Source: Deltaproteobacteria bacterium (GTDB taxonomy: Bacteria > Myxococcota_A > Polyangia > Fen-1088). From it: a DNA stretch of 64,000 bases. The position numbers and the translations under genes are program-made. Location of the stretch: NCBI GenBank assembly GCA_033763315.1, contig JANRKS010000022.1:64001-128000 (forward strand), given 5' to 3'. Of this stretch, positions 1 through 10,053 are shown piece after piece. The notes below the pieces were generated by a model that was not told the DNA's origin, ran no database searches, and saw only the letters and a program-made list of their open reading frames with translations. Numbering within the stretch: position 1 is the stretch's first letter; the number at the start of each line of letters is the position of its first letter.

Positions 1-431
1 TGATACCCGACGTACGCCTGCTGAACGTACTTCCAAAGTTCGATGTTGGTGGCGTTGGCGCCATCGGCTCCCGCCAGCCTGGGCTCAGCCAAATAGTAGG
101 TGGAAGGCGTGTGTCCCACTTGCAAGGTCAGACGTCCAACCAGTGCCGCTTCATCCCACGCCGCGTCCAGCGCCACGTTCGACAACGTGAAGCTATTGTG
201 CCTGTTGTCGAAGCCACGAAAGTTGGTGATGCCATTGCTTGGGCGATTGAAGTTCCATTGGTAGAGCGCCTCGACGTAGCCACCAACGACGTAGTTAGGT
301 TTGGGTGAGAGTTGGTTTTGATCATTTGCCATCTGCTGAGCGTGCAGGCGACCGCTGCACAGGGCGAAGCAAAGGCCTGTCACGATCGTTGAATAACGAG
401 TTTGAAGCCTGAACAATGAAGACTTGGTCAT
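1..431 (-). CDS. Outer-membrane beta-barrel porin (BBP2/OmpL-like), 5' part only; runs off the window edge
   Basis: Not in the ORF track; translated by hand from ATG at 431: MTKSSLFRLQTRYSTIVTGLCFALCSGRLHAQQ...VGGYVEALYQWNFNRPSNGITNFRGFDNRHNSFTLSNVALD...LWKYVQQAYVGY. Signal peptide then alternating beta-strand pattern; GYVEAxYxWNFNRP and QQAYVGY resemble kdp-associated porins. Confidence 0.75.
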   Translation of the reverse strand, partial: MTKSSLFRLQTRYSTIVTGLCFALCSGRLHAQQMANDQNQLSPKPNYVVGGYVEALYQWNFNRPSNGITNFRGFDNRHNSFTLSNVALDAAWDEAALVGRLTLQVGHTPSTYYLAEPRLAGADGANATNIELWKYVQQAYVGY

Positions 432-443
432 GACACTCACTTT

Positions 444-459
444 TGCAAAGGGTGTTCCG
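444..459 (-). promoter_or_regulatory. sigma54 -24/-12 promoter of the porin gene
   Basis: Minus strand CGGAACACCCTTTGCA = GG-N10-GC with TTGCA; -12 C lies 14 nt before the ATG at 431. Confidence 0.7.
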
Positions 460-498
460 CTCGCAAGCGCCTTACGCTGGGCCCTGCCACCCATGCTG

Positions 499-544
499 CC
501 CTGTGTTTTGCAGGGTATGCACGGTCATACCGTTGCGGTCGGCA
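499..544 (-). promoter_or_regulatory. Paired putative activator (UAS) sites for the porin promoter
   Basis: Proximal CCCTGCAAAACACAGGG (515-499) and distal TGCCGACCGCAACGG (544-530); near copies of the two sites upstream of kdp, with the same 44-bp distance to the -24 GG. Confidence 0.6.
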
Positions 545-2399
545 CCTTGAACCAAAAGCACGTCCCCTCAGCCGGTTGGCTTCGAACACCTATGGACCCA
601 CCGTGGGCCTGCACAATTCCCTTGGCTATGAAAAGCCCGAGGCCCGAGCCTCCCTCGGGACTGCCTGGCACCCGGTAAAATTTTTCGAAGAGGCCAGCTT
701 GGTGAGCCACCGGAATCCCGGGACCAGCGTCGATGATCTCGAACATCACGCAGGTAGGAGGCTTAGAACGATGATCTTCGAACGGCACCTCTGGCTGTTC
801 CGCAGAAACCCGCACGATGACGCTCGAACCTGCCGGAGAATAGCGAATGGCATTGCTGAGAATGTTTGTGAACACCAAGGCGATGCGATCAACGTCGACG
901 AATACCTCCGGCAAGCCGGGCGGTATCTCCGCTGCAAGTTTGACATTGGCGTGTTCAGCAGCAGAACGGTGAACATCCAGGGCCATACTTACGAGCCCCT
1001 CAGGTTCTATGTTGCGCCGCTGAAGATCGATGTGTCCAGATTCGAGACGCGCCAAATTTAATAAGTCGTCGACGATGGTCTGAAGGCGTTCGCAATCTTC
1101 GCGTGCCGCAAACAGCAAGTCGGCTTGATTTGGCGTCAAGGGCCCCACCGTCTCTTCGGTGCAAAGGTGCAAGCTCATGCGCAGGGAAGTCAACGGTGTC
1201 CGAAACTCGTGCGCCACAGTGGCCACAACGTTGTTCTTGAGCTCATCGAAGCGGAACAGGCGCGTGGCGTCCTGCAAAACGATGGCCGCGCCGACGATGC
1301 TGCCAGTGTCGCCGTATATCGGGGAGCCGCGCGGCAAGAAAATGCGTTCGCCGTCGGTGGTTTTTGCAACCCGTATCGCGTCCTCGAACCCGCGGGGAAT
1401 ATAGGCCCCCTTGCCCGAGAAAACGTGCACGCGCAGCCTATCAACCACCGCCTGCACGCGTGGGTCGACGTCTGCCAGCAGGCCGGCGTCACCACCCTCG
1501 TTTGATAGAGACAGCAGCTGCACTGCCGCTTGATTGACGACCTGGGGGCGTCCTTGTTGGTCAAGTATCACCACAGGGTCGGGCAGGCCGTCGATCGCAG
1601 CCTGCGCCGCATGTTGCGCCGCCAGCAGTTCCCCCAGTGAGCTGGCACGATACTGTGCCAAGCGGTCCGCCATGCTATTGAACTCCTTCGCCAAGACCAC
1701 AATTTCGTCGTTGCCTACGACATCTGCCCGAGCCTTCAGATCGCCCTGCCCGAATCTACGCACGGCGGCCGTCACAACACCCAACGGACGCAAAGATCTT
1801 GTCGTGAGCCAAGCTGAAGCCATGAGGCCTAAAATCAGAGCCGACAACACCACGAGCACGACAAGCTGCTCGAAGCGTTCGGCACTTTGTTCGGCGCGGC
1901 TGCTCTTGCGCACCATCGCGTCTTGGTTCACGGCCAAGATGTCGTCACACAAACGCTTGATAAGTTCCAACTTCGGCGCCAGCCTTTTCAGGTAATGGAC
2001 ATCGCGCGCGTCTGGATCCGCGAGCGCATCGAACGTCTGTAGGTCGTTTGTGAATTCAGTCCACGCCGCACGCACCTGCGCCACAGCTAAACCTTCCCCG
2101 GGCTCTGTTATGTTGCCCTCCTCGACGACCAATTCTCGTTCGAAGGCAGCACGGTGGTCCGAGGGTTGAGTGACGTGAAGATGGGCGCGTCTCGTAAGCT
2201 TGACCAGCGACAAACCGCCCAGCCGCTCAATCGCCTCCTTCATGCGTTGCACCGCCAGAACGCTGCGGTAATTGTCAGCAAGGATAAGGCGGGTGTTATC
2301 TCCGAGCCGCAGGGTCACAAAGGCTGACACTGTTCCGACAACGATTAAAGCGATCGCCAAGGGCGCTTGTGCCAGAACCAACTTGAGTCGCAGTTTCAT
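525..2399 (-). CDS. Membrane sensor histidine kinase (2 TM, HAMP, PAS-like, HisKA, HATPase), KinB-like; probable catalytic partner of split KdpD
   Basis: H-box AHEFRTPLTS, N-box NILSNAIRY, G boxes DAGPGI and GSGLGL, HAMP 'PLGVVTAAVRRFGQGDL...DEIVVLAKEFNSM'; start overlaps kdpD-N stop (ATGA). Confidence 0.9.
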   Translation of the reverse strand: MKLRLKLVLAQAPLAIALIVVGTVSAFVTLRLGDNTRLILADNYRSVLAVQRMKEAIERLGGLSLVKLTRRAHLHVTQPSDHRAAFERELVVEEGNITEPGEGLAVAQVRAAWTEFTNDLQTFDALADPDARDVHYLKRLAPKLELIKRLCDDILAVNQDAMVRKSSRAEQSAERFEQLVVLVVLSALILGLMASAWLTTRSLRPLGVVTAAVRRFGQGDLKARADVVGNDEIVVLAKEFNSMADRLAQYRASSLGELLAAQHAAQAAIDGLPDPVVILDQQGRPQVVNQAAVQLLSLSNEGGDAGLLADVDPRVQAVVDRLRVHVFSGKGAYIPRGFEDAIRVAKTTDGERIFLPRGSPIYGDTGSIVGAAIVLQDATRLFRFDELKNNVVATVAHEFRTPLTSLRMSLHLCTEETVGPLTPNQADLLFAAREDCERLQTIVDDLLNLARLESGHIDLQRRNIEPEGLVSMALDVHRSAAEHANVKLAAEIPPGLPEVFVDVDRIALVFTNILSNAIRYSPAGSSVIVRVSAEQPEVPFEDHRSKPPTCVMFEIIDAGPGIPVAHQAGLFEKFYRVPGSPEGGSGLGLFIAKGIVQAHGGSIGVRSQPAEGTCFWFKVPTATV

Positions 2400-3553
2400 T
2401 TTTCCTCCTCGACTCGTGTCGCCATAACGTGAACGTCCAATCCATTCGCCTCCCGCACCAGGCGCAGGGGAACAGAGAGGCCCAACACCTGCTTCCAGGC
2501 TGCTTGATGCGACCGCCCGACCACGATGTGACCCACGCTGTGTGAGCGGGCGAAATCAATCAACGCGGCCACCGGATTCTTGTTGTGTAGACGTACAACC
2601 TCAGCGCCTAGCTCGCGGGCAAGTTCTGTGTTTTCCATCAACCGCCTCTGCGCTTCTGAATCAATCTGGGTTGGCGACTCTTGTGGCGTTTCAACGAACA
2701 CGGCAAACCAGTCCGTGCTCAACCGACCGGCCAAGCGCGAACCTTTGCGCACAAGTTGTGCGCCCCAAGGCGAACCTGACGCCAGGCACACCATGACGCG
2801 CGATCCTGGGGCATCCTGTCGCGGCTTAGCCGTGCTCGGCGCGGGTCGAAGTGAGGCACGCTCTAGGCTCTCGGCCACTTCGCGCAGCGCAAGTTCGCGC
2901 AAATGAGCCAAATTTTTTTCGTTGAAGAAGTTTCCCAACGCCGCCGAAATCTTATCCTGGGCGTAGATCTTTCCGGCTTGCAGGCGCTGAAGCAAGTCCT
3001 CTACGGCGAGGTCAAGATTCACCGTCTGATCGGCTTGCTTAAGAAAGCTATCCGGGATGGTTTCGCGTATCACTGTGCCCGTGAGTCGCTCGACTAGATC
3101 CTTTAGGCTTTCAAGATGCTGAACGTTGAAAGCGCCGATCACGTTGATGCCGGCGTCCATAAGTTCGAGCACATCTTGATATCGTTTGCGGTTTCGGCTC
3201 CCTGGCACATTTGTGTGGGCCAGTTCGTCAACAATGGCCACGGCAGGATTCCGCTTGAGAATGTTGTTCAGGCTCATTTCCTCGAACGGCACGCCTCGAT
3301 GTTCCATCTGGCGTCGCGGCACCACCTCCAGGCCTTCGAGCTTGCGTTCTGTATCCACCCGGCCGTGCGTCTCGACGAACCCAACCACGGCATCCACGCC
3401 CCGAGCGCGCAAGGCATGCACTTCTTCCAGCATGCGATAGGTCTTGCCAACGCCAGCCGCAAAGCCGATGTAGAGCTTCAACTTGCCGCGCTTGCCTCGT
3501 TCCACCAACTCGAGGAAATCCTCGGGGCGGGCGCGTTCCTGTCCTTGAGCCAT
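2396..3553 (-). CDS. kdpD: KdpD N-terminal cytoplasmic sensor domain + USP domain (split KdpD, no TM or kinase part)
   Basis: GKLKLYIGFAAGVGKTYRML, VDELAHTN, RYQDV, NVQHLESL, LRELALR motifs and C-terminal USP; ATG at 3553 preferred over TTG at 3589. Confidence 0.92.
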   Translation of the reverse strand: MAQGQERARPEDFLELVERGKRGKLKLYIGFAAGVGKTYRMLEEVHALRARGVDAVVGFVETHGRVDTERKLEGLEVVPRRQMEHRGVPFEEMSLNNILKRNPAVAIVDELAHTNVPGSRNRKRYQDVLELMDAGINVIGAFNVQHLESLKDLVERLTGTVIRETIPDSFLKQADQTVNLDLAVEDLLQRLQAGKIYAQDKISAALGNFFNEKNLAHLRELALREVAESLERASLRPAPSTAKPRQDAPGSRVMVCLASGSPWGAQLVRKGSRLAGRLSTDWFAVFVETPQESPTQIDSEAQRRLMENTELARELGAEVVRLHNKNPVAALIDFARSHSVGHIVVGRSHQAAWKQVLGLSVPLRLVREANGLDVHVMATRVEEEK

Positions 3554-3636
3554 AGCCACGAAGCTGGTCTGTAAGCGACGAAAGTTCAAGCTCTGCCTGC
3601 GGTTACGTGCGCGTTTGGCGACGCTTTTTTTGTGCT

Positions 3637-3683
3637 CCTGCGAAACGCAACGGTTAAGGGAATCGTTCCTGCATTTTGCAGGG
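3637..3683 (+). promoter_or_regulatory. Paired putative activator (UAS) sites upstream of kdp
   Basis: TGCGAAACGCAACGG (3639-3653) and palindromic CCTGCATTTTGCAGG (3668-3682); two TGC-N5-GCA cores 31 bp apart. Confidence 0.6.
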
Positions 3684-3722
3684 AGGCGAGTGGGTGGCCC
3701 CGCTGCGCGCGGGGGCTTTCAT

Positions 3723-3738
3723 CGGCATGGTTCTGGCA
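3723..3738 (+). promoter_or_regulatory. sigma54 -24/-12 promoter of the kdp operon
   Basis: CGGCATGGTTCTGGCA = GG-N10-GC; the operon encodes a sigma54 activator. Confidence 0.65.
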
Positions 3739-3750
3739 TAAGGGGACAGC

Positions 3751-3834
3751 ATGACCGACTTCATCTTTGTTTTGGCCACGATGGCTTTCTTCGCCTTGAC
3801 GATGGCCTACGCCAACGCCTGCAAAAACTTATGA
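3751..3834 (+). CDS. 27-aa hydrophobic peptide upstream of kdpF (accessory Kdp micropeptide candidate)
   Basis: MTDFIFVLATMAFFALTMAYANACKNL*; single TM helix, first ORF after the promoter; below the ORF-track cutoff. Confidence 0.7.
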   Translation: MTDFIFVLATMAFFALTMAYANACKNL

Positions 3835-3865
3835 ACCCCAACGTCCAGATCAACGGAGAGCCGCG

Positions 3866-3955
3866 ATGATTCTTGATTACGTCCTAGGTGGCACGGTGTC
3901 TTTGTGCCTGCTTGTGTATCTCGTATACGCGCTTTTGCGCCCTGAGCGCTTTTAA
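3866..3955 (+). CDS. kdpF: K+-transporting ATPase subunit F
   Basis: MILDYVLGGTVSLCLLVYLVYALLRPERF*; YLVYALxxPERF signature, GGAG SD at 3855-3858, 11 nt before kdpA. Confidence 0.93.
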   Translation: MILDYVLGGTVSLCLLVYLVYALLRPERF

Positions 3956-3966
3956 GGAGACCGACG

Positions 3967-5682
3967 ATGACCCTATCGGGATGGTTGCAGATCTTCGTTA
4001 TTTTTCTTGCGGTTTTGGCCGTCACCAAACCGCTTGGCGCTTTCATGTTCCGCGTGTTCGAGTCTCCAAATCGACCGGCGCCGAGGACGCTGGGTCGAAT
4101 CGAGGGCATTCTTCTTCGCCTGTGCGGCGTGCCGGCAACGGCCACCCAAAGTTGGAAAGCTTATGGGGCCACGCTGTTCGCCTTTAGCTTCCTCGGCATG
4201 TTGGTCACATACGCACTTCTGCGGTTCCAGCACGCGCTGCCGCTAAACCCACAGGGCTTCGCGGCCACGTCCGAGCACTTGGCCTTCAACACCGCCGCAA
4301 GTTTTCTTTCCAACACCAACTGGCAGTCGTACAGCGGCGAGTCCACCATGAGCTACCTGTCACAGATGATGGCGCTCGCGTGGCACAACTTCACATCAGC
4401 GGGCGCCGGCATTGGCGTGGCGTTGGTGCTGGCGCGAGGACTTACGCGCAAAGCGGGAGCAGAATCTGGCGTGGGCCACTTCGTGGTCGACCTCATTCGC
4501 GCGCTGGTTTATGTGCTTTTGCCGTTGTCGATCGTTTTTTGCCTCGCGTTCATATCGCAAGGTGTGATCCAGAACTTCTCTCCCTACCTAACGGTACACA
4601 CGCTGCAGGGTGCAGAACAGACGCTGGCCATGGGCCCGGTGGCTTCTCAGGAAGTCATAAAGCAGCTTGGCACCAACGGCGGCGGCTTCTTCAACGCCAA
4701 TAGCGCCCACCCGTTTGAGAACCCCAACGGCATCATCAATTTCCTGCAGATGTTCCTCATCTTCTGCATTCCCGCGGGCTTGACTTATACCTTTGGTCGC
4801 ATGGCCAAAGATCAGAAGCAGGGCTGGGCTTTGTTTGGCGCAATGTCAGCGTTGTTCTTGGTGGGTGTGGCGGTTTCGTATTACAGCGAAAGCGGCGCCA
4901 ACCCTGCGTTGGCCAACCTTAGCCTCGATCATGCGGCCGGGAATATGGAAGGCAAAGAAGTGCGCTTCGGCATCGCAAATTCGGCGCTGTTTGCCACCGT
5001 CACCACCGATGCCTCATGCGGTGCCGTGAACGCCATGCATGACAGCTTCACACCATTGGGCGGCATGGTGCCGCTTGTGAACATGATGTTGGGCGAAGTG
5101 ATTTTTGGCGGTGTGGGAGCTGGCCTTTACGGCATGCTGATCATGGTGCTGCTTTCCGTGTTTATCGCGGGCCTAATGGTGGGCAGGACGCCGGAATACT
5201 TGGGCAAGAAGATCGAAGCGGCCGAGATGAAAGCGGTCATGCTGTACGCGCTGATCTTCCCCATGGTGATTCTTGGCTTTGCTGGCTGGGCCGCCGTATC
5301 TCAGTGGGGAACAGGCGCACTAAACAACGCCGGGCCCCATGGCCTATCTGAGATTCTCTACGCGTACACCAGCGCCACGGCTAACAATGGTTCAGCGTTC
5401 GCGGGCTTAAGCGCCAACGTGCCGCATTGGAACACGACGCTTGCTTTCGCGATGTTGTTTGGCCGCTTTCTCATGATTGTGCCCGTGTTGGCGATTGGGG
5501 GATCGATGTTGGGCAAGCGCGTGGTGGCACCGGGGCTTGGCACGTTCCCCACCGGCGGTGGGCTTTTTGCGGCCCTGCTGGTTGCCGTGGTGGTTGTGGT
5601 GGGCGCCTTGACGTTCTTCCCCGCGCTGACCCTTGGGCCCATCGTTGAGCATTTTCTTGCGGCTTCCGGAAAGGTTTTTTAG
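3967..5682 (+). CDS. kdpA: K+-transporting ATPase subunit A
   Basis: [56 protein letters not shown] motifs; AAGGAG SD. Confidence 0.98.
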   Translation: MTLSGWLQIFVIFLAVLAVTKPLGAFMFRVFESPNRPAPRTLGRIEGILLRLCGVPATATQSWKAYGATLFAFSFLGMLVTYALLRFQHALPLNPQGFAATSEHLAFNTAASFLSNTNWQSYSGESTMSYLSQMMALAWHNFTSAGAGIGVALVLARGLTRKAGAESGVGHFVVDLIRALVYVLLPLSIVFCLAFISQGVIQNFSPYLTVHTLQGAEQTLAMGPVASQEVIKQLGTNGGGFFNANSAHPFENPNGIINFLQMFLIFCIPAGLTYTFGRMAKDQKQGWALFGAMSALFLVGVAVSYYSESGANPALANLSLDHAAGNMEGKEVRFGIANSALFATVTTDASCGAVNAMHDSFTPLGGMVPLVNMMLGEVIFGGVGAGLYGMLIMVLLSVFIAGLMVGRTPEYLGKKIEAAEMKAVMLYALIFPMVILGFAGWAAVSQWGTGALNNAGPHGLSEILYAYTSATANNGSAFAGLSANVPHWNTTLAFAMLFGRFLMIVPVLAIGGSMLGKRVVAPGLGTFPTGGGLFAALLVAVVVVVGALTFFPALTLGPIVEHFLAASGKVF

Positions 5683-5684
5683 TT

Positions 5685-7751
5685 ATGGCAACTGCACAAG
5701 AGATTCGACACAAGCCCTTATCACTGCTTGATGGAAAGATCCTAAAGCAGGCGGCCATCAGCAGCGTGATCAAGCTGTCGCCCGGGCAGGTCATGCGCAA
5801 CCCCGTCATGTTCGTGGTCGAGGTGGGCAGCGTGCTCACAACGATTCTCGCCGTTCGCGACGTGGCTTCGCCTTCCGCAGACGCAGCCCCGCTGTGGTTC
5901 ACCATTGCCGTCACTCTATGGCTGTGGTTCACGCTGTTGTTTGCGAACTTCGCTGAGGCCGTTGCCGAGGGGCGCGGCAAGGCGCAGGCCGATTCTTTGC
6001 GCAAGATGCGCACCCAAGTGCAGGCGCGGCGGCTATCAGACAACGGTAAAGAACAACTTGTGGGGGCCGCGGAGCTGCGCGCAGGTGATCGTGTTGTTGT
6101 TGAAGCCGGCCAAGTGATTCCGGGCGATGGTGAAGTTGTCGAAGGCGTGGCTTCGGTGGACGAGTCAGCCATCACCGGCGAGTCGGCGCCGGTCATTCGA
6201 GAAAGCGGTGGCGATCGGTCGTCGGTGACGGGAGGCACCAAGGTGCTCTCTGACCGCATCGTTGTTCGCATCACCTCCAACCCGGGTGAAGCGTTCCTCG
6301 ATCGCATGATCGCGCTGGTGGAAGGCGCTTCACGGCAAAAAACGCCCAATGAAATTGCTCTACACATTCTGCTGGTGGGCCTGACGGTGGTGTTCCTGTT
6401 TGCTTGCGTGACCTTGGTGCCGCTTGCGCTTTATGGTGGCATCAAGCTTTCATCAACCGTAATCGTGGCGTTGCTTGTGTGTTTGATTCCGACCACCATC
6501 GGCGGTTTGCTGTCGGCGATCGGCATCGCGGGAATGGATCGCTTGATTCGCAAAAATGTCATCGCCACCAGTGGTAGGGCCATCGAAGCCGCCGGCGATG
6601 TGGATGTGCTTTTGCTCGATAAAACCGGGACGATCACCGTCGGGAACCGCATGGCCACGGCTTTCGTTCCTGTGTCAGGTGTATCGAAGGCCGCGTTGGC
6701 GGAAGCGGCGCAGCTTGCGAGCCTTGCCGACGAGACACCCGAAGGCAGGTCTATCGTGATATTTGCCAAGCAGGACCAGGGCCTGCGCGAGCGCGCCGCA
6801 AACGAACTGGTCGGCGCGACGTTTGTCGCCTTCTCGGCCAATACGCGTATGAGCGGATGCGATGTGGGGACGCGCCAGGTGCGCAAGGGCGCGGTGGATT
6901 CTGTGCGCGCTTGGGTTGAGGCCCAAGGGGGCTTGGTTCCAAGCGATCTCGACGCGTTGGCGAGTGCGATCGGCAACGAAGGCGGCACGCCGTTGGCAGT
7001 GGCGGATGGCGCCAAGATCTTGGGTATTGTGGCCCTCAGTGACGTGGTGAAAACGGGCATCAAAGAGCGCTTCGGACGCTTCCGCGCCATGGGCATTCGC
7101 ACTGTGATGATCACAGGTGACAACCCTCGAACCGCCGCGGCCATCTCGAAAGAGGCCGGCGTCGATGATTATCTGGCTGAAGCCACACCTGAAGCGAAAA
7201 TGCGTTTGATCAAGGAAGAACAGGCGAAGGGGCATTTGGTGGCGATGACCGGCGACGGCACGAACGACGCTCCAGCCTTGGCCCAAGCTGATGTGGGCGT
7301 GGCCATGGGCACCGGCACGCAAGCGGCCAAGGAGGCCGGCAACATGGTGGACCTCGATTCAAACCCAACCAAACTGCTCGAGGTCATTGAAGTTGGTAAG
7401 CAGCTCCTGATGACTCGCGGCGCGTTGACCACGTTCTCTATTGCCAACGACGTTGCGAAATACTTCGCCATACTTCCGGCGTTGTTTGTGGTCACTTATC
7501 CTGAGATCTCGCCGCTCAACGTGATGCGTTTGGCGTCGCCTTCCAGCGCCATTCTTTCCGCGGTGATCTTCAACGCGATCATCATCGTGGCCCTCATACC
7601 CTTGGCGTTGCGAGGCGTACCTTACCGGCCGCTTGGTGCGGCGGCTCTGTTTCGTCGCTCAATGCTGGTATACGGGGTTGGTGGAATCATTGCTCCTTTC
7701 ATCGGCATCAAGATCATTGATTTAATCTTGGTTGCCCTTCACTTGGTTTAA
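5685..7751 (+). CDS. kdpB: K+-transporting P-type ATPase subunit B
   Basis: [22 protein letters not shown] phosphorylation site, [10 protein letters not shown]. Confidence 0.98.
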   Translation: MATAQEIRHKPLSLLDGKILKQAAISSVIKLSPGQVMRNPVMFVVEVGSVLTTILAVRDVASPSADAAPLWFTIAVTLWLWFTLLFANFAEAVAEGRGKAQADSLRKMRTQVQARRLSDNGKEQLVGAAELRAGDRVVVEAGQVIPGDGEVVEGVASVDESAITGESAPVIRESGGDRSSVTGGTKVLSDRIVVRITSNPGEAFLDRMIALVEGASRQKTPNEIALHILLVGLTVVFLFACVTLVPLALYGGIKLSSTVIVALLVCLIPTTIGGLLSAIGIAGMDRLIRKNVIATSGRAIEAAGDVDVLLLDKTGTITVGNRMATAFVPVSGVSKAALAEAAQLASLADETPEGRSIVIFAKQDQGLRERAANELVGATFVAFSANTRMSGCDVGTRQVRKGAVDSVRAWVEAQGGLVPSDLDALASAIGNEGGTPLAVADGAKILGIVALSDVVKTGIKERFGRFRAMGIRTVMITGDNPRTAAAISKEAGVDDYLAEATPEAKMRLIKEEQAKGHLVAMTGDGTNDAPALAQADVGVAMGTGTQAAKEAGNMVDLDSNPTKLLEVIEVGKQLLMTRGALTTFSIANDVAKYFAILPALFVVTYPEISPLNVMRLASPSSAILSAVIFNAIIIVALIPLALRGVPYRPLGAAALFRRSMLVYGVGGIIAPFIGIKIIDLILVALHLV

Positions 7752-7763
7752 AGCGGGGTCACT

Positions 7764-8408
7764 ATGGCAATGGGAACCGAAACTATGGAAGCGAACGCCC
7801 CTCAACTTGAAACGTCTTCGTTAAAGTCAACCATGCTGGTGTCTTTGCGAGCCACGCTCGTCACCCTCATCGTCACTGGGTTGATCTACCCGTTCGTGAT
7901 GACCGGGCTTGGGCAACTCATCTTTCCGAAACAGGCCGCGGGCAGCCTTGTTCATGATGGTCGGGGGCAGGTTGTGGGCTCTACACTCATCGGTCAGGCA
8001 TTTTCGGCGCCAGGGTATTTTCAAACGCGACCCTCGGCGGCAGGCAACGGGTACGACGCCACGTCGTCCTCGGGATCGAATTTGGGTGGCTCATCCGCCA
8101 AACTTCGGGCACGGGTGGAAGCGGACATCGCCCGCTTGCGTTCGGAGAATCCGGATGCGCCGGGGCTCGTGCCTGTGGAACTGGTGACGGCTTCCGCGAG
8201 CGGCCTCGATCCGCATATTTCTCCCGCAGCGGCACGTTGGCAGATGCCCCGGGTGGCCAAGGCGCGCGGGGTGAACGTAGAACGAATCCAGGCCCTTGTG
8301 GCAGACGCAACCACGGGACGCGATCTGGGGCTGTGGGGCGAAAGTCGTGTGAATGTGTTGATGTTGAACCTGGCATTGGACAAACTACTCGGCGCTCCGA
8401 ACAAATAA
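7764..8408 (+). CDS. kdpC: K+-transporting ATPase subunit C
   Basis: GSTLIGQAF, YFQTRPS, SSGSNL, TASASGLDPHIS, VNVLMLNLALD. Confidence 0.97.
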   Translation: MAMGTETMEANAPQLETSSLKSTMLVSLRATLVTLIVTGLIYPFVMTGLGQLIFPKQAAGSLVHDGRGQVVGSTLIGQAFSAPGYFQTRPSAAGNGYDATSSSGSNLGGSSAKLRARVEADIARLRSENPDAPGLVPVELVTASASGLDPHISPAAARWQMPRVAKARGVNVERIQALVADATTGRDLGLWGESRVNVLMLNLALDKLLGAPNK

Positions 8409-8432
8409 TCGCGTACTTAGCGCTCACAACCC

Positions 8433-9800
8433 ATGAACGGCCTTTCCATACTCATCATCGATGACGAAAAGAACATTCGTCATACGTTGAGGATCTGCCT
8501 TGAGACCATGGGCGTGTCGGTGGTTGAAGCGGGATCGCCGGCGGCCGCGAAAGAGGCCGCCTCGCGTGGCCTCTTCGACATCGTATTCTTGGATTTGAAG
8601 CTTGGCACTCATAGCGGCCTAGACTTGATTCCGACGTTGCTTGAGCTTAACCCCAACGTCGTCATCATTGTGATCACCGCCTACGCCACGGTGGAGACCG
8701 CGGTCGACGCGATCCGCAAAGGGGCTTGGGATTATTTGCCAAAGCCCTTCACACCCGCCCAGATCCGGCACTTGGTTGATAAAGCCAAGACGCAACGATC
8801 GCTTGCAGCGAAGATCGCAAACCTTGAGCACCAACTGCAGGCGGAAACGCCCGAGATCGATCTAAAGCCGCAAGCGCCCGCAATGCACGCCGCGATTGCC
8901 ATCGTAGAACGAGCCGCCGCTTCCGATGTGGCCGTGTTGCTACGCGGTGAAAATGGCACCGGCAAGGGCGTATTGGCCCGCACGCTGCACCTGCAAAGCC
9001 CGCGTCGGGAACATCCGTTTGTGACCGTCAATTGCCCCACGTTGACCGAAGAATTGTTGGCCAGCGAATTGTTTGGGCACGCCAAAGGGGCCTTCACCGG
9101 TGCCGTTCGCGACCAACCGGGGCGCGTGGAGATGGCGGAGCACGGCACGCTATTTCTAGATGAAATTGGCGAGCTGCCACCCACCTTGCAAGCGAAACTA
9201 CTGCGCTTTCTGCAGGAAAAAGCCTTTGAACGCGTTGGCGAGAATCGGACGCGCAAGGCGGATGTTCGTGTGGTTGCGGCCACCAATCGCGATCTGGAAG
9301 CCGACGTCGCCAGCGGTCGCTTTCGCGAAGATCTGCTGTTTCGCTTAAACGTCATCGAGGTCAAGGTACCCTCCCTGCGGGATCGGCCTGAAGACATTTT
9401 GCCTCTTGCCGACCGCTTCCTTCATTTCTTTGCGAAAACAACGGGCCGTCGCGTGCCAACTCTATCAGCGGCGGCCAAAACCGTGCTTAAGGAATACGCT
9501 TGGCCGGGCAATGTTCGCGAACTCCGCAACGCCATCGAGCGAGCGTTGATCTTGTGGCCCGCGGATGTGCTTGAGCCTCAGTCGTTCCCAGCGCGCATCG
9601 CAGGCGCGCGCAGCAAAGGGCCTTCCGTAGGCGGCAAGTACACGCTGGAAGAAATCGAGCGGGCCCACGTAAACTTGGTCGTCGCGCAGTGCCGCACCAT
9701 GGAAGACGCGGCTGCCGTTTTAGGGATCGACGATTCGACGCTCTGGCGAAAACGAAAGCGCTATGAGGAACACGATCTTTCTGCGGAAGCTGTCAAATGA
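8433..9800 (+). CDS. sigma54-dependent response regulator (REC-AAA+-Fis HTH), AlgB/NtrC-like
   Basis: REC (IIDDE, FLDLKL, LPKPF), Walker [34 protein letters not shown] 'AAAVLGIDDSTLWRKR'. Confidence 0.95.
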   Translation: MNGLSILIIDDEKNIRHTLRICLETMGVSVVEAGSPAAAKEAASRGLFDIVFLDLKLGTHSGLDLIPTLLELNPNVVIIVITAYATVETAVDAIRKGAWDYLPKPFTPAQIRHLVDKAKTQRSLAAKIANLEHQLQAETPEIDLKPQAPAMHAAIAIVERAAASDVAVLLRGENGTGKGVLARTLHLQSPRREHPFVTVNCPTLTEELLASELFGHAKGAFTGAVRDQPGRVEMAEHGTLFLDEIGELPPTLQAKLLRFLQEKAFERVGENRTRKADVRVVAATNRDLEADVASGRFREDLLFRLNVIEVKVPSLRDRPEDILPLADRFLHFFAKTTGRRVPTLSAAAKTVLKEYAWPGNVRELRNAIERALILWPADVLEPQSFPARIAGARSKGPSVGGKYTLEEIERAHVNLVVAQCRTMEDAAAVLGIDDSTLWRKRKRYEEHDLSAEAVK

Positions 9801-10053
9801 TGAACTTTGCAAGCGACGTCATCGCCCGAAAAAAAGCAAACCTTCCGCCTCGGCCGTTCGGAGAGTTCTGTGCCCCTACATCAAGTAGGGTGGGGACCAC
9901 GTGGTGACCGCATCGGGCTTCCCGACGTCGCGGGCGTGCACATCCATCGGTCAGAGGCAGCCCCCTGTATCGAAATTGTAGGGAAAAGAATTCGTCCGTT
10001 ATCGAACCGCGCAGAAGGTTCTTTTCTTAGGATGGGGCCGGATGCCGCGTTGG

